A stretch of 46,554 nucleotides of DNA from Theionarchaea archaeon (GCA_018992565.1 JACVGW010000013.1:1-46554); one strand, 5' to 3'; shown: positions 28,205 to 38,132, counted from the stretch's first letter. Translations and numbers: made by a program. The notes: a model not told the origin generated them from the letters alone.

Positions 28205-28498
28205 CTATCCCTGCTGTTCAACAAATCTGTCAATGAATCTTTGTTTTCGAACAACGTCTTTCTTCAAAAGAGGTAGCGCAAAGTGCGTGAATACGCTTCC
28301 TCGAATTATTGCCCGAGAATGAGATTCTGAACTTCTAAGTTCAAGAATGTTTTCGTCAGTTACACCCAGTCTGTTCTCAATTTCCTCGAATGTAGTCTCG
28401 AAAAATGCTTCCTTCTGAATTCCAATCTCCCGTGAAAGAGACATTGCCTTCTTTTCAAGATACGAACCTTCTTCTTTACGAGAATTCTTCCCGACCAT
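28205..28498 (-). CDS. Hypothetical ~97-aa protein
   Basis: SD GAGGTGG before ATG 28498; ends 8 nt before the next reading frame. Confidence 0.6.
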   Translation of the reverse strand: MVGKNSRKEEGSYLEKKAMSLSREIGIQKEAFFETTFEEIENRLGVTDENILELRSSESHSRAIIRGSVFTHFALPLLKKDVVRKQRFIDRFVEQQG

Positions 28499-28966
28499 AT
28501 GTTGTCCACCTCTGTCTTCTCTGCGGGGGTTTCTCCTTATAAGGCTTACGCATCTAAAGAGCACTTGAGCGATTTTGAAGACTAGTAACACCGTCATGAA
28601 TTTGAAGATTATCCTTCAAATGAAGGTAAACTGGAAATAACGTTGAAATCATCATAGTCTACGTTTACTCATTAGATGACGGCTCTGTCTTCCCTGTAAT
28701 AGAAGAATCCCTATGTTCCCTACGTCCGCCACTCTGCAATCCTGATTACCTTCTCTCAACTGAACAGAGAGTATTTTAGAGCCGGGATAAATGCTATCTC
28801 ATAAACGTATCGATACGTGGAATTTTAGTGTTTCCCAGTCATCCCACCTCGAACCCACCATTCTTAAAGGTGTACTGCAAGAGCTCATGAATTATCCACC
28901 GTTAACTGAATACGCTGATAGGGAAAAAAGATTCTTCGCCCACAAGGGTGAGAACCTGATGAAGGG

Positions 28967-29788
28967 CTATACTTCCTTCAAGATTCCCTCATATACCATG
29001 CGGGCCTCACCTGTCAGATAGATTTTCTGCAGAGTATCATCTTCAATGGTAATTTTGAGAGTACCACCTTTTGTCCTGACCTCAACCTCGGGTCCACACA
29101 TTCCATGCAGAAACACTGCGCACGCTGCCGCTCCAGATCCCGTTCCGCAGGCCAGAGTCTCCCTCTCCACTCCTCTCTCGTACGTCCTGTTCATAATTGT
29201 ATTCTTCCCTACTACTCTGCAGAAATTGACATTCGTTCCCCTGGGAAAAGCCTTATCATACCTGATTCTTCTGCCAATCTCTTCAATATCCTCCTCCATG
29301 GTCAGGTCATCCTTGAATATCACGCTATGTGGCAGCCCAGGTGTGCCTTCCTCAATGTAATCAACGCATATTCTCCTGTCATTTACCATGATCTCCTTGT
29401 TGAGTTCCTTTTCTGTTACTGGATTCAGCGTAATTGTAGCCTGTTTGCCTGAAACATGCGCCTCCAGTATGCCGGACATACTTTCTACAGTCATTTCTTC
29501 ACCTGCTATCCCCTTCAGATAGGCAAATCGGGTAATGCATCGCGCCCCATTTCCGCACATCTCCCCTTCAGTCCCGTCAGCATTGAAATACCTCATTCTA
29601 AAGGTGGCAACCTGTGAGGGCTCCACCAGGAGAATTCCATCTGCACCCACAGAGAGCCGTCTCCTGCACACGCTCTTGGCAAAATCACCCTTCTCCTTCT
29701 CAGGTATGAGACCTTCTCGATTGTCAATAACCAAGAAGTCATTTCCTGCACCAGACATCTTGCAAAACTGGATTCCTTCTGTCTTCAT
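28967..29788 (-). CDS. dapF: Diaminopimelate epimerase
   Basis: KMSGAGNDF, NADG, MCGNG, GTNVNF, TYERGVE, ACGTG (both catalytic Cys present). Confidence 0.93.
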   Translation of the reverse strand: MKTEGIQFCKMSGAGNDFLVIDNREGLIPEKEKGDFAKSVCRRRLSVGADGILLVEPSQVATFRMRYFNADGTEGEMCGNGARCITRFAYLKGIAGEEMTVESMSGILEAHVSGKQATITLNPVTEKELNKEIMVNDRRICVDYIEEGTPGLPHSVIFKDDLTMEEDIEEIGRRIRYDKAFPRGTNVNFCRVVGKNTIMNRTYERGVERETLACGTGSGAAACAVFLHGMCGPEVEVRTKGGTLKITIEDDTLQKIYLTGEARMVYEGILKEV

Positions 29789-30919
29789 CTACCCACCCAC
29801 GTACTCTTTCAGGATGGATACAAGCCGGGTAATGTCGTCTTCATTGTTATAGATGTGAGGGGCTACCCGTATCCCATCTCTGAGACTGATTCTCACATTC
29901 CTGCTCTGATACAATTCTGCAAGCTTCTCTCTGTTCTTGACATCAAAGACCAGGATACAGCTCCGCTCACTCTCCCGCAGAGATGAGACAATACTCACAT
30001 GCAGTGCTTCCAATTCTTCAATCAAGCAATCAAGAAGCCCAAGAACATGTTCTGTAATGTTTCTCACCTTTACCTTGTGGAAGAAATCCAGGATAGGATC
30101 CATGCTGTATAACAAGGCCCAGGGTAATGTCCCTGACTCGAATTTCTGAGCCGTTTTCATGAGCTCCAGTTCTGTTGGGAAACTCCAGGGATCTGGAGTG
30201 CTCATCCACCCGATATTGGTGGTAGAAATTTCATCCAGGATATCCTTGTTACAATACAGAAACCCAACTCCATCAGGACCCAGCAGCCACTTGTAGCTGC
30301 TGGTACACAGAATGTCAATCCCGTATCGCTTCACGTCCATTTCGAGGGCACCCAGTGACTGGATTGCATCCACCACAAAGTATGCACCAACCTCCTTGCA
30401 TAGGTTCCCAATTGCTTCAAGGTCACTGCGAAATCCATTCTTGAACTGAACGCTGCTGATGGACACAGCTCTCGTATTTTCATCAATGCTCTTCTGGACA
30501 TTCTCTACGGGAATTCTGTTGTTCATAACCTCCATTAGCCGTATTTCAACACCTTTCTGCTTCAAAGCCAACCAAGGTAGGAAATTGGAGGGAAAATCAT
30601 ACTTATTCACCACCACATTGTCTCCCTTCTTGAAGTCCATGCCATTGATTGCAAAGTTTAGCCCTTCTGATGTGTTCATCACACAAGCAATTTCCTCTTT
30701 CTCTGCATTAATGAGCTTCCCAAATTTAGCTTTGATTTCTAGGGCGTCATCCTCCCAGGTATGGTAGTTGACTGATCCATTTGTTAATTTGTCATTCCAC
30801 CATGTCTCGCATCCAGCTTTGCTGAATCGCGGAGAAAGCCCACATGCTGCAGCATTCAGATAGGTCCAGTTGCTCACTGCAGGCTCAAAGTGGGCTCTAA
30901 TTTCCTGATTATCCATCAA
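29789..30919 (-). CDS. Class-V PLP-dependent enzyme (aminotransferase/lyase/epimerase-like)
   Basis: YLNAA, NTSEG, DFPSN, VDAIQS, SYKWLLGP, FESGT, IRVAPHIYN. No IscS/SufS catalytic Cys loop. Confidence 0.85.
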   Translation of the reverse strand: MMDNQEIRAHFEPAVSNWTYLNAAACGLSPRFSKAGCETWWNDKLTNGSVNYHTWEDDALEIKAKFGKLINAEKEEIACVMNTSEGLNFAINGMDFKKGDNVVVNKYDFPSNFLPWLALKQKGVEIRLMEVMNNRIPVENVQKSIDENTRAVSISSVQFKNGFRSDLEAIGNLCKEVGAYFVVDAIQSLGALEMDVKRYGIDILCTSSYKWLLGPDGVGFLYCNKDILDEISTTNIGWMSTPDPWSFPTELELMKTAQKFESGTLPWALLYSMDPILDFFHKVKVRNITEHVLGLLDCLIEELEALHVSIVSSLRESERSCILVFDVKNREKLAELYQSRNVRISLRDGIRVAPHIYNNEDDITRLVSILKEYVGG

Positions 30920-32132
30920 TATCTACCTCACATTGATTGCGTAATAAGTCCTGGAACGTTCCTCTCTTTCTGATCTCGGTGACAGTCGTCTTATCCACCA
31001 GGACTTCTGCAGGGAGCGGTCTGGAGTTATATTCTGATGCCATACTGAATCCGTACGCTCCCGTGTTCAAAATAGCCAGCAGGTCCCCCTCTTTGAGCGG
31101 TGGGAGAAGTCTGTTTCTGGCAAATATGTCTGCACTCTCACAGATGTCACCACATACTGTGACTTCAGAATGTTCCTGGAATTCCCTTCTGGACTCTGAA
31201 GGCACCACTTTGACAATTTCGTGGTACGCATTGTACAGGGCGGGCCTCATGAAATGGTTGAATCCTGTATCCACGCCGACAAAGGTGTACTTGGGATTTT
31301 CTTTAACTGCAGTCACGGTGGTGAGAAGTATGCCAGATTCTGCCACCAGAAACCGCCCCGGTTCCAGGACCAGGGTGACCGCATGGTTGTGCTCAGCCCA
31401 CCGGGTGACCATGTCTGTGAGGCTCTCACCAAATTTCCTCAAGTCCATGGAAACTTGTCCTGGCTCATAGGGAACACCCAGCCCTCCTCCAATATCGACA
31501 AATTCCAGATCTGGAAATTCGCCCGCCACTTGCAAGAGGGATTCCACACCTTTGAGAAGCAGCACCGGCTCCAGGATCCCTGAACCAATATGCATGTGGA
31601 CACCTTTCAAATGCAGATTATACTTGTTCAAGAGTGATGTAATCTGGGCAACGTCAGTCTGGTATATGCCAAATTTACTCTGCAGTCCTCCTGTAATGAC
31701 ATGTTTGTGGTGCCCTGCTCCCAGGTTGGGATTAATCCTGATACACACATCAGACTCGGGATTTATCTGCCCATACACTTCCAGCTGGGATAGCGAATCT
31801 GCGGTCATTAAAACATCATGAGAAATAGCATACATGATTTCAGAATGTGTGAGGTTGTTGCCTGTAAATAGAATGTCAGAAGAACTGAATCCTGCCTTCA
31901 ATGCCAGGAAGATTTCCCCAGGTGAGACACAGTCTACAGCACAGCCTAAATCCCTGAATATTCTGAGTATAGCACAATTGGTGTTGGCCTTACATGCATA
32001 GTGTATCCTGAGAGGGGTGTAGCGAATGCTCTGAGCCAGGTTCTGGTACTGCCTGGCCATGACCTGCTTATCATACACATAGGTTGGAGTTCCATACGCT
32101 GTCCTGATTTCAGCCAATCGGTCAAAGTCCAT
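30909..32132 (-). CDS. lysA: Diaminopimelate decarboxylase
   Basis: YGTPTYVYD, YACKAN, SKFG, HMHIGS, EPGR, RPALY, ICES, GAYG, YNSRP. Confidence 0.92.
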   Translation of the reverse strand: MDFDRLAEIRTAYGTPTYVYDKQVMARQYQNLAQSIRYTPLRIHYACKANTNCAILRIFRDLGCAVDCVSPGEIFLALKAGFSSSDILFTGNNLTHSEIMYAISHDVLMTADSLSQLEVYGQINPESDVCIRINPNLGAGHHKHVITGGLQSKFGIYQTDVAQITSLLNKYNLHLKGVHMHIGSGILEPVLLLKGVESLLQVAGEFPDLEFVDIGGGLGVPYEPGQVSMDLRKFGESLTDMVTRWAEHNHAVTLVLEPGRFLVAESGILLTTVTAVKENPKYTFVGVDTGFNHFMRPALYNAYHEIVKVVPSESRREFQEHSEVTVCGDICESADIFARNRLLPPLKEGDLLAILNTGAYGFSMASEYNSRPLPAEVLVDKTTVTEIRKRGTFQDLLRNQCEVDIDG

Positions 32133-32164
32133 AGTATCACACTAATATATAATAGGGAGGGGAA

Positions 32165-33499
32165 CTATATAAGTTCCTCTCCCATGAAAAGATCAGTCAT
32201 AGCTTCTCTTCTCTTGATAATCCTTGGTACACCGTCTTTGATGAGAACGGCAGCAGGGAAGGGATAAGAATTGTACCTGTTGAGTATTGCCATGGTATAC
32301 GCTCCACAATCCAAGAATGCCAGAACATCGCCTTCTTCCAGGTATGGGAGCTCTCTGTTGTACCCTAGAACATCTCCTGCATAGCATAGAGGTCCTGCAA
32401 CGTTGATAACCTCTTTTTTTGTCTCCTTCATTTTGTTGCAACATACAGATTGGTACACATACCATCCCTGGGTGGCTCGCAGGTTGATATTTGCTCCACC
32501 ATCCACCAGGGCCCACTTCTTGCCTGATTCTTCTCTCTTTACTGTACCCACAGTGACCAACAAAATGGTGGAGGTGCCGATGATGCTCCCTCCCGGCTCA
32601 ATGACCACATCACAGTCGCCCAATCCATGCTCTTCCTTTTTCTGGACAAATGGGTCCAGTATGGCGTGAGCATACTCCTCCAGGGGAGCACGGTCAATGT
32701 ACTTAAAGGGGATAGCAATTCCCCCACCCAGGTCCACCATCTCAAGATCAATGTCCAGCTTTTCTTTCAGATCTCCCACAAAATTCATGATCCGTGTACT
32801 GGCAACGCGGTAAGGGTCAGTATTCTCAATCTGAGATCCGATATGGGTATGTATTCCCACAATTTCAACGTTCTTCAGATTCTTTGCCTTCTTGTAAGCT
32901 TCCAATCCTTTTTCCAATCTGATCCCGAATTTGCTCTCGTCAAGGGCAGTTTCCCAGACACTCAATGTACCTGTTCTCACAATAGGGTTGATGCGGATTC
33001 CAATCCTGGCAGGTATTCCCACTCTGGATGCTTCCTCATCTACCATATCCAGTTCATGGAAGGAATCCACGTTTATGACAGCACCCATCCTGATGGCCAG
33101 TCTGATTCCTTTCCTGTCCTTGTAGCAGCCATTCAGTACAATATTACCTCCTTTCACACCCACGATTCTGGCCAGGAATAATTCGCCCGTGGAAATCACT
33201 TCTGCTGTAGCACCTTCTTCATTGAGAATTCTCAAAGCCGCCAGTATGGGGTTTGCCTTATAGGCGTAGGCAACCTTCGCCCGGCTGTACACTGCCGTGA
33301 ATGCCTTAACAAGGTTGCGGTAGTTCTCCCGAATCCTTCTCTCGCTCATGACATACAGGGGTGACCCGAACTGGTTCCGAAGATCCATACAGTCCACTCC
33401 ATCAACCTGCAAGTGTCCTTTCTGGTTGACCTCCACGTAGCCGGGTTCGGGGACAAATTGGTTGAGCCGCGCTTCGTCAATGATGATTTCTTCTGACAT
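32165..33499 (-). CDS. LysA-like fold-III PLP decarboxylase paralog (altered substrate pocket)
   Basis: YAYKAN, SKFG and HTHIGS retained, but EPGG, RATQG and LCYA replace EPGR, RPxLY and CES. SD GAGGTG precedes ATG 33499. Confidence 0.85.
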   Translation of the reverse strand: MSEEIIIDEARLNQFVPEPGYVEVNQKGHLQVDGVDCMDLRNQFGSPLYVMSERRIRENYRNLVKAFTAVYSRAKVAYAYKANPILAALRILNEEGATAEVISTGELFLARIVGVKGGNIVLNGCYKDRKGIRLAIRMGAVINVDSFHELDMVDEEASRVGIPARIGIRINPIVRTGTLSVWETALDESKFGIRLEKGLEAYKKAKNLKNVEIVGIHTHIGSQIENTDPYRVASTRIMNFVGDLKEKLDIDLEMVDLGGGIAIPFKYIDRAPLEEYAHAILDPFVQKKEEHGLGDCDVVIEPGGSIIGTSTILLVTVGTVKREESGKKWALVDGGANINLRATQGWYVYQSVCCNKMKETKKEVINVAGPLCYAGDVLGYNRELPYLEEGDVLAFLDCGAYTMAILNRYNSYPFPAAVLIKDGVPRIIKRREAMTDLFMGEELI

Positions 33500-33513
33500 T
33501 GTCACACCTCTTT

Positions 33514-34230
33514 TCATCTCTTGAGCAGGGTTCCATACCCGGGAAGAGTAATTCCCAGGTTTTTCAGAGCAATACAGTGCCATAAGGTAGCCTGATTCGA
33601 ACTGATGACAGGCTTCTTCAATCGAGTCTCCAGTAGGTCTATGATCTCAACTGTCCTGAAATCAGTACAGCTCAGAAAAACACAGTCACAGTCTTTTGTA
33701 TTCACGCTGGTTCCTAGGTTGTATGCGATATAGGGCTCCTGTTTTCCCACATCGACATCAGGAACAATGTTCAATCCTTGAGAATTGGTCACTTCAATGT
33801 TATTTCCTTCAAAGAAATGAATCGCCTTCTCATTAATCTCGTCGGAATATGGGGTTCCCAGTGCAATCTTTTTGACCTTGAGGATCTTCAATGCCTCAAT
33901 GACAGCTGTGGAGGTGGTGGTGGCAGTTATGTGGGTCTCTTCCTCAATTTCCTGAATAATTTCCTGATCAAAGTGCAACCCCTTAACAAAGCTCCCACTG
34001 GTGCATCCATAGGCAAGAACATCCATCTCTGCACTCTTGAGCTCTTCACATGCTCTTTTCAATCCCTCTTTCATCTGTAACAGTGTTTCCACAGAGAGCT
34101 CTTCCAGAAAGACTCGGGTAGCATGGACACTCACTCCAGGTATATCCCGGAAAAGCTTGTTGAATTCACTCTCCATGACCGTGTTGTCTGAAGGTATAAT
34201 CAACCCAATTCTGCACCGCCAGCCATACAT
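33514..34230 (-). CDS. Maleate cis-trans isomerase / Asp-Glu racemase superfamily protein
   Basis: RIGLIIPSDNTVME, YGCTSGS, TPY, LSCTDF, KPVISSNQA. Confidence 0.88.
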   Translation of the reverse strand: MYGWRCRIGLIIPSDNTVMESEFNKLFRDIPGVSVHATRVFLEELSVETLLQMKEGLKRACEELKSAEMDVLAYGCTSGSFVKGLHFDQEIIQEIEEETHITATTTSTAVIEALKILKVKKIALGTPYSDEINEKAIHFFEGNNIEVTNSQGLNIVPDVDVGKQEPYIAYNLGTSVNTKDCDCVFLSCTDFRTVEIIDLLETRLKKPVISSNQATLWHCIALKNLGITLPGYGTLLKR

Positions 34231-34242
34231 GTATCCACCTAC

Positions 34243-35217
34243 TTACACCATGACCTTGTCCCTGTCAATGACTACTTTTCCATCCAGTTCCACGGTGGGG
34301 TCTTTCATGATCAAGTCAATGTGGAAAGGTGCCTTGTTCTGTCCGCCCAGAGTAATATTGTCACCAAGTGCAATATGAGCAGTACCCAGGGCAGATTCAT
34401 CCTCAATAATCCGCCCCTGCAATTCTGCCTGTGGGTTCAGGCCAAGTCCAAATTCCGCCACGAAATACTGGTTGGGATCATGTGCACTTTCCAGCAAGTT
34501 CTTCAGCCGCTCTGCTATGACGCCACCTTCGACCTTGATTGCCTTTCCATTTTTCACTTCAATTCTGATGGGTGCATCTACAAACCCAAAATCTGTAGCT
34601 GTCACATCTACGACGAAGACGCCCTCAGACGTGTCTTCCACAGGGGTGATATTCGCCTCAATATCGGGCACTCCCACCAGATCACCTTTGTTCCTGGCAA
34701 TACCTGGCTCAAACTGTCCTATTCTCCCTTTAAGAGAGGCTGTAATGTCTGTTCCTCCCGGCGTCGTCAGGTGTATCTTTTCCGCCTTGGTCAATCGGTC
34801 GGCGAGCTTCTTGCAGATAGGTTCTATCTCCTCAAAATTCGCGGTAATTGCTCCCCGCATAAGAGTGCAGGGCAGCGCACCTGTCATAGAAAGAACGCGC
34901 GCACCCTTGGCACAGGAATCTCTTGTGGCTTTCGTGTGAAACAGCGTCTTTGATGTGGGCGTGATAATCACATCAGACACTAGCATAGCCTCCCTGACGT
35001 GTGCAGGGGGTTCTTCAGCGTGTCCTTTTCGAGGAGTCATGAGAGCAATCAAGGGCTCCGCATTTTCGTAGTAGGCAGCTGCAGCCAATGCAGCGGAAAT
35101 ACTGAATTCAATTTCTGTATCTGTCACTATCAAGACCTTTTCTCCAGGTTTCGTTTGAGCACATTCCTTGATTACCTTCTTGGCTCCTACCATCATCTGT
35201 ATTATTTCACTATCCAT
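34243..35217 (-). CDS. M29-related (leucyl) aminopeptidase / NicX-like metallo-protein
   Basis: PGEKVLIVTD, EPP, GTD, EFGLGLNP, EDES..GTAHIALGDN, HIDL. Confidence 0.8.
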   Translation of the reverse strand: MDSEIIQMMVGAKKVIKECAQTKPGEKVLIVTDTEIEFSISAALAAAAYYENAEPLIALMTPRKGHAEEPPAHVREAMLVSDVIITPTSKTLFHTKATRDSCAKGARVLSMTGALPCTLMRGAITANFEEIEPICKKLADRLTKAEKIHLTTPGGTDITASLKGRIGQFEPGIARNKGDLVGVPDIEANITPVEDTSEGVFVVDVTATDFGFVDAPIRIEVKNGKAIKVEGGVIAERLKNLLESAHDPNQYFVAEFGLGLNPQAELQGRIIEDESALGTAHIALGDNITLGGQNKAPFHIDLIMKDPTVELDGKVVIDRDKVMV

Positions 35218-35330
35218 CTTCTTACCTCCTTTCAAGAACTGGCACAGATTTTCTTCTCCTTCTCTCTTCTTTTCTGACTCTTGCGCAGAAAGAGTCGTCA
35301 GATGCTCGGGTCACAGAGCGTTCCCGACGA

Positions 35331-35810
35331 TCAGTGAATGCACCTGATGGAATCAAATATTTCGTCAATCACAGGTTGATGCTCTGCTCTCAGGGAAGGC
35401 ACCAGAGACACATAGACTGTAACGAATCGCCTGTGAAAATCACAGAAGAACATACAGTGGCTGTGTTCCACTGCTCCCTTCTTCAACCCGACGAATCCCG
35501 AGCGTCCTCTGGTTTCCATGGTCTCCTTGAATGCTCTGTGTCCAGAGATCTCGGTCACTTCTTTTCTGGTAAGCTTGAATTTCTTGTCTTTTTTCTTCAG
35601 GTTTGTCAAGACTCGTTCTTCATATTCTTCCAGGGTTATAGCCCTCTCCACTTTTTCCCACAAGAGCCCCATGAGAATATCGTTGCCCAGTGCATTGACC
35701 TTTCCTTCCTGGAAGGTCACCTGACGTGACTCTATGATTATCTTCCAGCTTCGGGGGTATTCCACGGACAGTCCATACAAGCTCAGTATATCAAACAGTT
35801 CTCTCTGCAT
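35331..35810 (-). CDS. Hypothetical protein (PsbP/DcrB-like pattern)
   Basis: SVEYPRSW, EISGHRA, IFDSIR pattern; SD AGGTGA before ATG 35810. Confidence 0.6.
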   Translation of the reverse strand: MQRELFDILSLYGLSVEYPRSWKIIIESRQVTFQEGKVNALGNDILMGLLWEKVERAITLEEYEERVLTNLKKKDKKFKLTRKEVTEISGHRAFKETMETRGRSGFVGLKKGAVEHSHCMFFCDFHRRFVTVYVSLVPSLRAEHQPVIDEIFDSIRCIH

Positions 35811-35874
35811 TGAAATCACCTTTTTCAGTAAGAAATGAAAAAAATAAAAAAATATGGAATAGAGATTTTGAGTC

Positions 35875-37392
35875 CTACTTGGCACTGTAGTCCTTTGAGA
35901 CGTCCATCATGGTTATGACTGGAGAGGCCAGAGCTTCAGATATCCTGCGTTCTGCTTTCCTCTCCTTCTCGCTGTGTGGTGTTATGAGACTGACAACTAT
36001 CAGGGCAATAGCACAGGCTACCACAGCCCATAGTCCGCCGTACACACCCAGCCAGAATTCAGGTCCAATGAGCAGGGTCTTGACACCCACTGCAGCACCA
36101 ACCAGAATACCTGCAATGGCTCCATACCGGTTAGCGCCTTTCCAGTAGATCCCAGCCACAGCCACGGGGAACAGCACAGCACTCAGGCCCAGAGAAAGCA
36201 GTGTCAACAGAACCACAATGTAGGTTCCTGCCGCAGCATAACCAACCAGTCCACCTGCTACTAGAACCGCGATAATCAGGAACCGGCCCATCTTCACCAG
36301 CTTGGCCTCGTCAGTACCCGGTTTGATCAGCCCGTAGATGTCCTTGGATATGCTGGCCGACAGAGCCAGAGACAGTGAATCCACCGTGGACATTGATGCT
36401 GCAAACAGACCCACGATCAATCCCATGACCACCCACACAGGGAGATAATTCACCATGAGAGTGGGGAAGATAGCATCTCCTGAGGCCAGTCCAGGCTCCA
36501 GGATCACACCTGACAGACCGATCAGCATGGCGGGCAGGAAGGTCAGCGTAGTCCCAATTGGCACCAGGAATGACATCATAGCCATTGTTCTCCAGGTCTT
36601 GCCGACATAGTATCGCATCCAGTTCTGAATCCACATGATTCCTCCCAGTGCATCCACTAAAAGGAATCCAAGCCATGCTCGTGGCGTTAAGAGCCCATTT
36701 GGACCTGGGATGGTCAGCAATTCTGGTTTAATGGCCTGGACTTTCTCAAAGAGGGCTCCAAAGCCTCCTACTTCTCCCACCAGCACAAAGACACCAATCC
36801 AGATAAATACCAGCATGAGCAGGCCCTGGACCAGATCAGTCCACACCACGCCTTTCAATCCTCCCAGACTGGTATAGATGATCACTGTAAGAATGTACAA
36901 GGCAGCCGCCAATCCAAGGGTGAGAGCCCCGCCAGAAATGGTGTTCAGAGTCCTTCCTGTTGCCAGCACCTGAGACCCAATGTATGGAGTCAATCCCAGA
37001 ATCATCCACAATGCAATAATAAGTCTGAGAATTTCTGAACCAAACCGGTCAGCAAAGAAATCTGCCTGCGTCACGTATCCGAAGTTTTTTCCTAGCTTCC
37101 ACAGTGGGATGGCAATCAGCAGGAACAAGAATCCCCACATCAAGTTGGCCACATTAGAGTACCAGATACCAATACCATGCGTATACGTGAATCCGGTGAC
37201 ACCAATATACATGTAGGCACTCTGGTACGTTGCGTACATGGTGAAGAACAACAGAACAACACCTACTCCTCTGCCAGCCAGGAAATAGTCTTCCAGTGTG
37301 TGCTTCGTGGTCTTATACCCTCTGAATCCAATGTACACTGCTACCAGGATATATGCAAAAAGGCCGAGCAATACAATAACCCATGATTCCAT
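35875..37392 (-). CDS. Sodium:solute symporter (SSS/PutP family)
   Basis: DYFLAGR, YTSLGGLKGVVWTD, AASMSTVDS; about 13 TM segments. Confidence 0.93.
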   Translation of the reverse strand: MESWVIVLLGLFAYILVAVYIGFRGYKTTKHTLEDYFLAGRGVGVVLLFFTMYATYQSAYMYIGVTGFTYTHGIGIWYSNVANLMWGFLFLLIAIPLWKLGKNFGYVTQADFFADRFGSEILRLIIALWMILGLTPYIGSQVLATGRTLNTISGGALTLGLAAALYILTVIIYTSLGGLKGVVWTDLVQGLLMLVFIWIGVFVLVGEVGGFGALFEKVQAIKPELLTIPGPNGLLTPRAWLGFLLVDALGGIMWIQNWMRYYVGKTWRTMAMMSFLVPIGTTLTFLPAMLIGLSGVILEPGLASGDAIFPTLMVNYLPVWVVMGLIVGLFAASMSTVDSLSLALSASISKDIYGLIKPGTDEAKLVKMGRFLIIAVLVAGGLVGYAAAGTYIVVLLTLLSLGLSAVLFPVAVAGIYWKGANRYGAIAGILVGAAVGVKTLLIGPEFWLGVYGGLWAVVACAIALIVVSLITPHSEKERKAERRISEALASPVITMMDVSKDYSAK

Positions 37393-37394
37393 TG

Positions 37395-37652
37395 TTATCC
37401 CTCCTTAGGTGCTCCCTTCCACTGAATCCTGTCCGCGTTCCTGAACATCCACATCACCACTGCTGCAGTCAGGACAATGTACAGCACATTTAAGACCCAG
37501 ATATACAGTACAAACGTAGGTATTCCGGCAGTCAGCGTGGGACTGTCGAACCAGCCCAGCATTGGATACTCATATAACACTAGAAAAAACAGGATACCGT
37601 AAGCAATCATAGCCGCCACTGCTTTCTTTTTGGCAAACCAAAAATCCTTCAT
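37395..37652 (-). CDS. Small 2-TM SSS partner protein (DUF3311/DUF997-like)
   Basis: Two hydrophobic segments, PTLTAGIP; abuts the SSS gene; SD GGAGG. Confidence 0.75.
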   Translation of the reverse strand: MKDFWFAKKKAVAAMIAYGILFFLVLYEYPMLGWFDSPTLTAGIPTFVLYIWVLNVLYIVLTAAVVMWMFRNADRIQWKGAPKEG

Positions 37653-37769
37653 TTTTAGTCCTCCTTTCCTCACGTGTGTTTTGACACTATGGTGTTTGTG
37701 TCACCTGCAGCATATGCTGTCAGGATCATCCTTATTCTCAAGAGCGAATGGAAGTTCTTATGAATTTTC

Positions 37770-37783
37770 CCAGAATATTCTGG
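37770..37783. promoter_or_regulatory. Palindrome CCAGAATATTCTGG upstream of the SSS operon
   Basis: Perfect 14-bp palindrome; near match to the site upstream of dapA. Confidence 0.5.
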
Positions 37784-38132
37784 TAATACCATATTAAACT
37801 CGGTGAGAGGCATCAGTGAAGGTTATCTTGTGAGAACATAGAGGAATTCCCTGGAATGACAGGAAAAAGAAGAGGCTGTCCTTCATTCAACGTTCTTTCA
37901 TCAATAGAAGAGGTTGATCTCACATATTTTTGCAATAAGGAGTGAGCTGGAGGCGCTGCGCGTTTGAAAGAGGCTGAAACGGGGAAATTTCAGGATTGCT
38001 ATGAATTCCAATGGTGACCCACTCTAACCTCTTTGTAGGACTGCATGCCTGTAACTGTCCCAAAATAGTAAGGCAATAACGTTTTAAGGGGATTGTCTCT
38101 AAGTGGTATCCTCAAAAAAGGAATGTGATAGT

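Noticed and set aside
28805..28818. Perfect palindrome ACGTATCGATACGT
   Set aside because: Single copy, not tied to a clear promoter; a few 14-bp palindromes are expected by chance in a window this size.
28791..29021. 76-aa plus-strand ORF between the broken gene pair and dapF
   Set aside because: It overlaps the dapF 3' end in antisense, and has no recognisable motif or SD.
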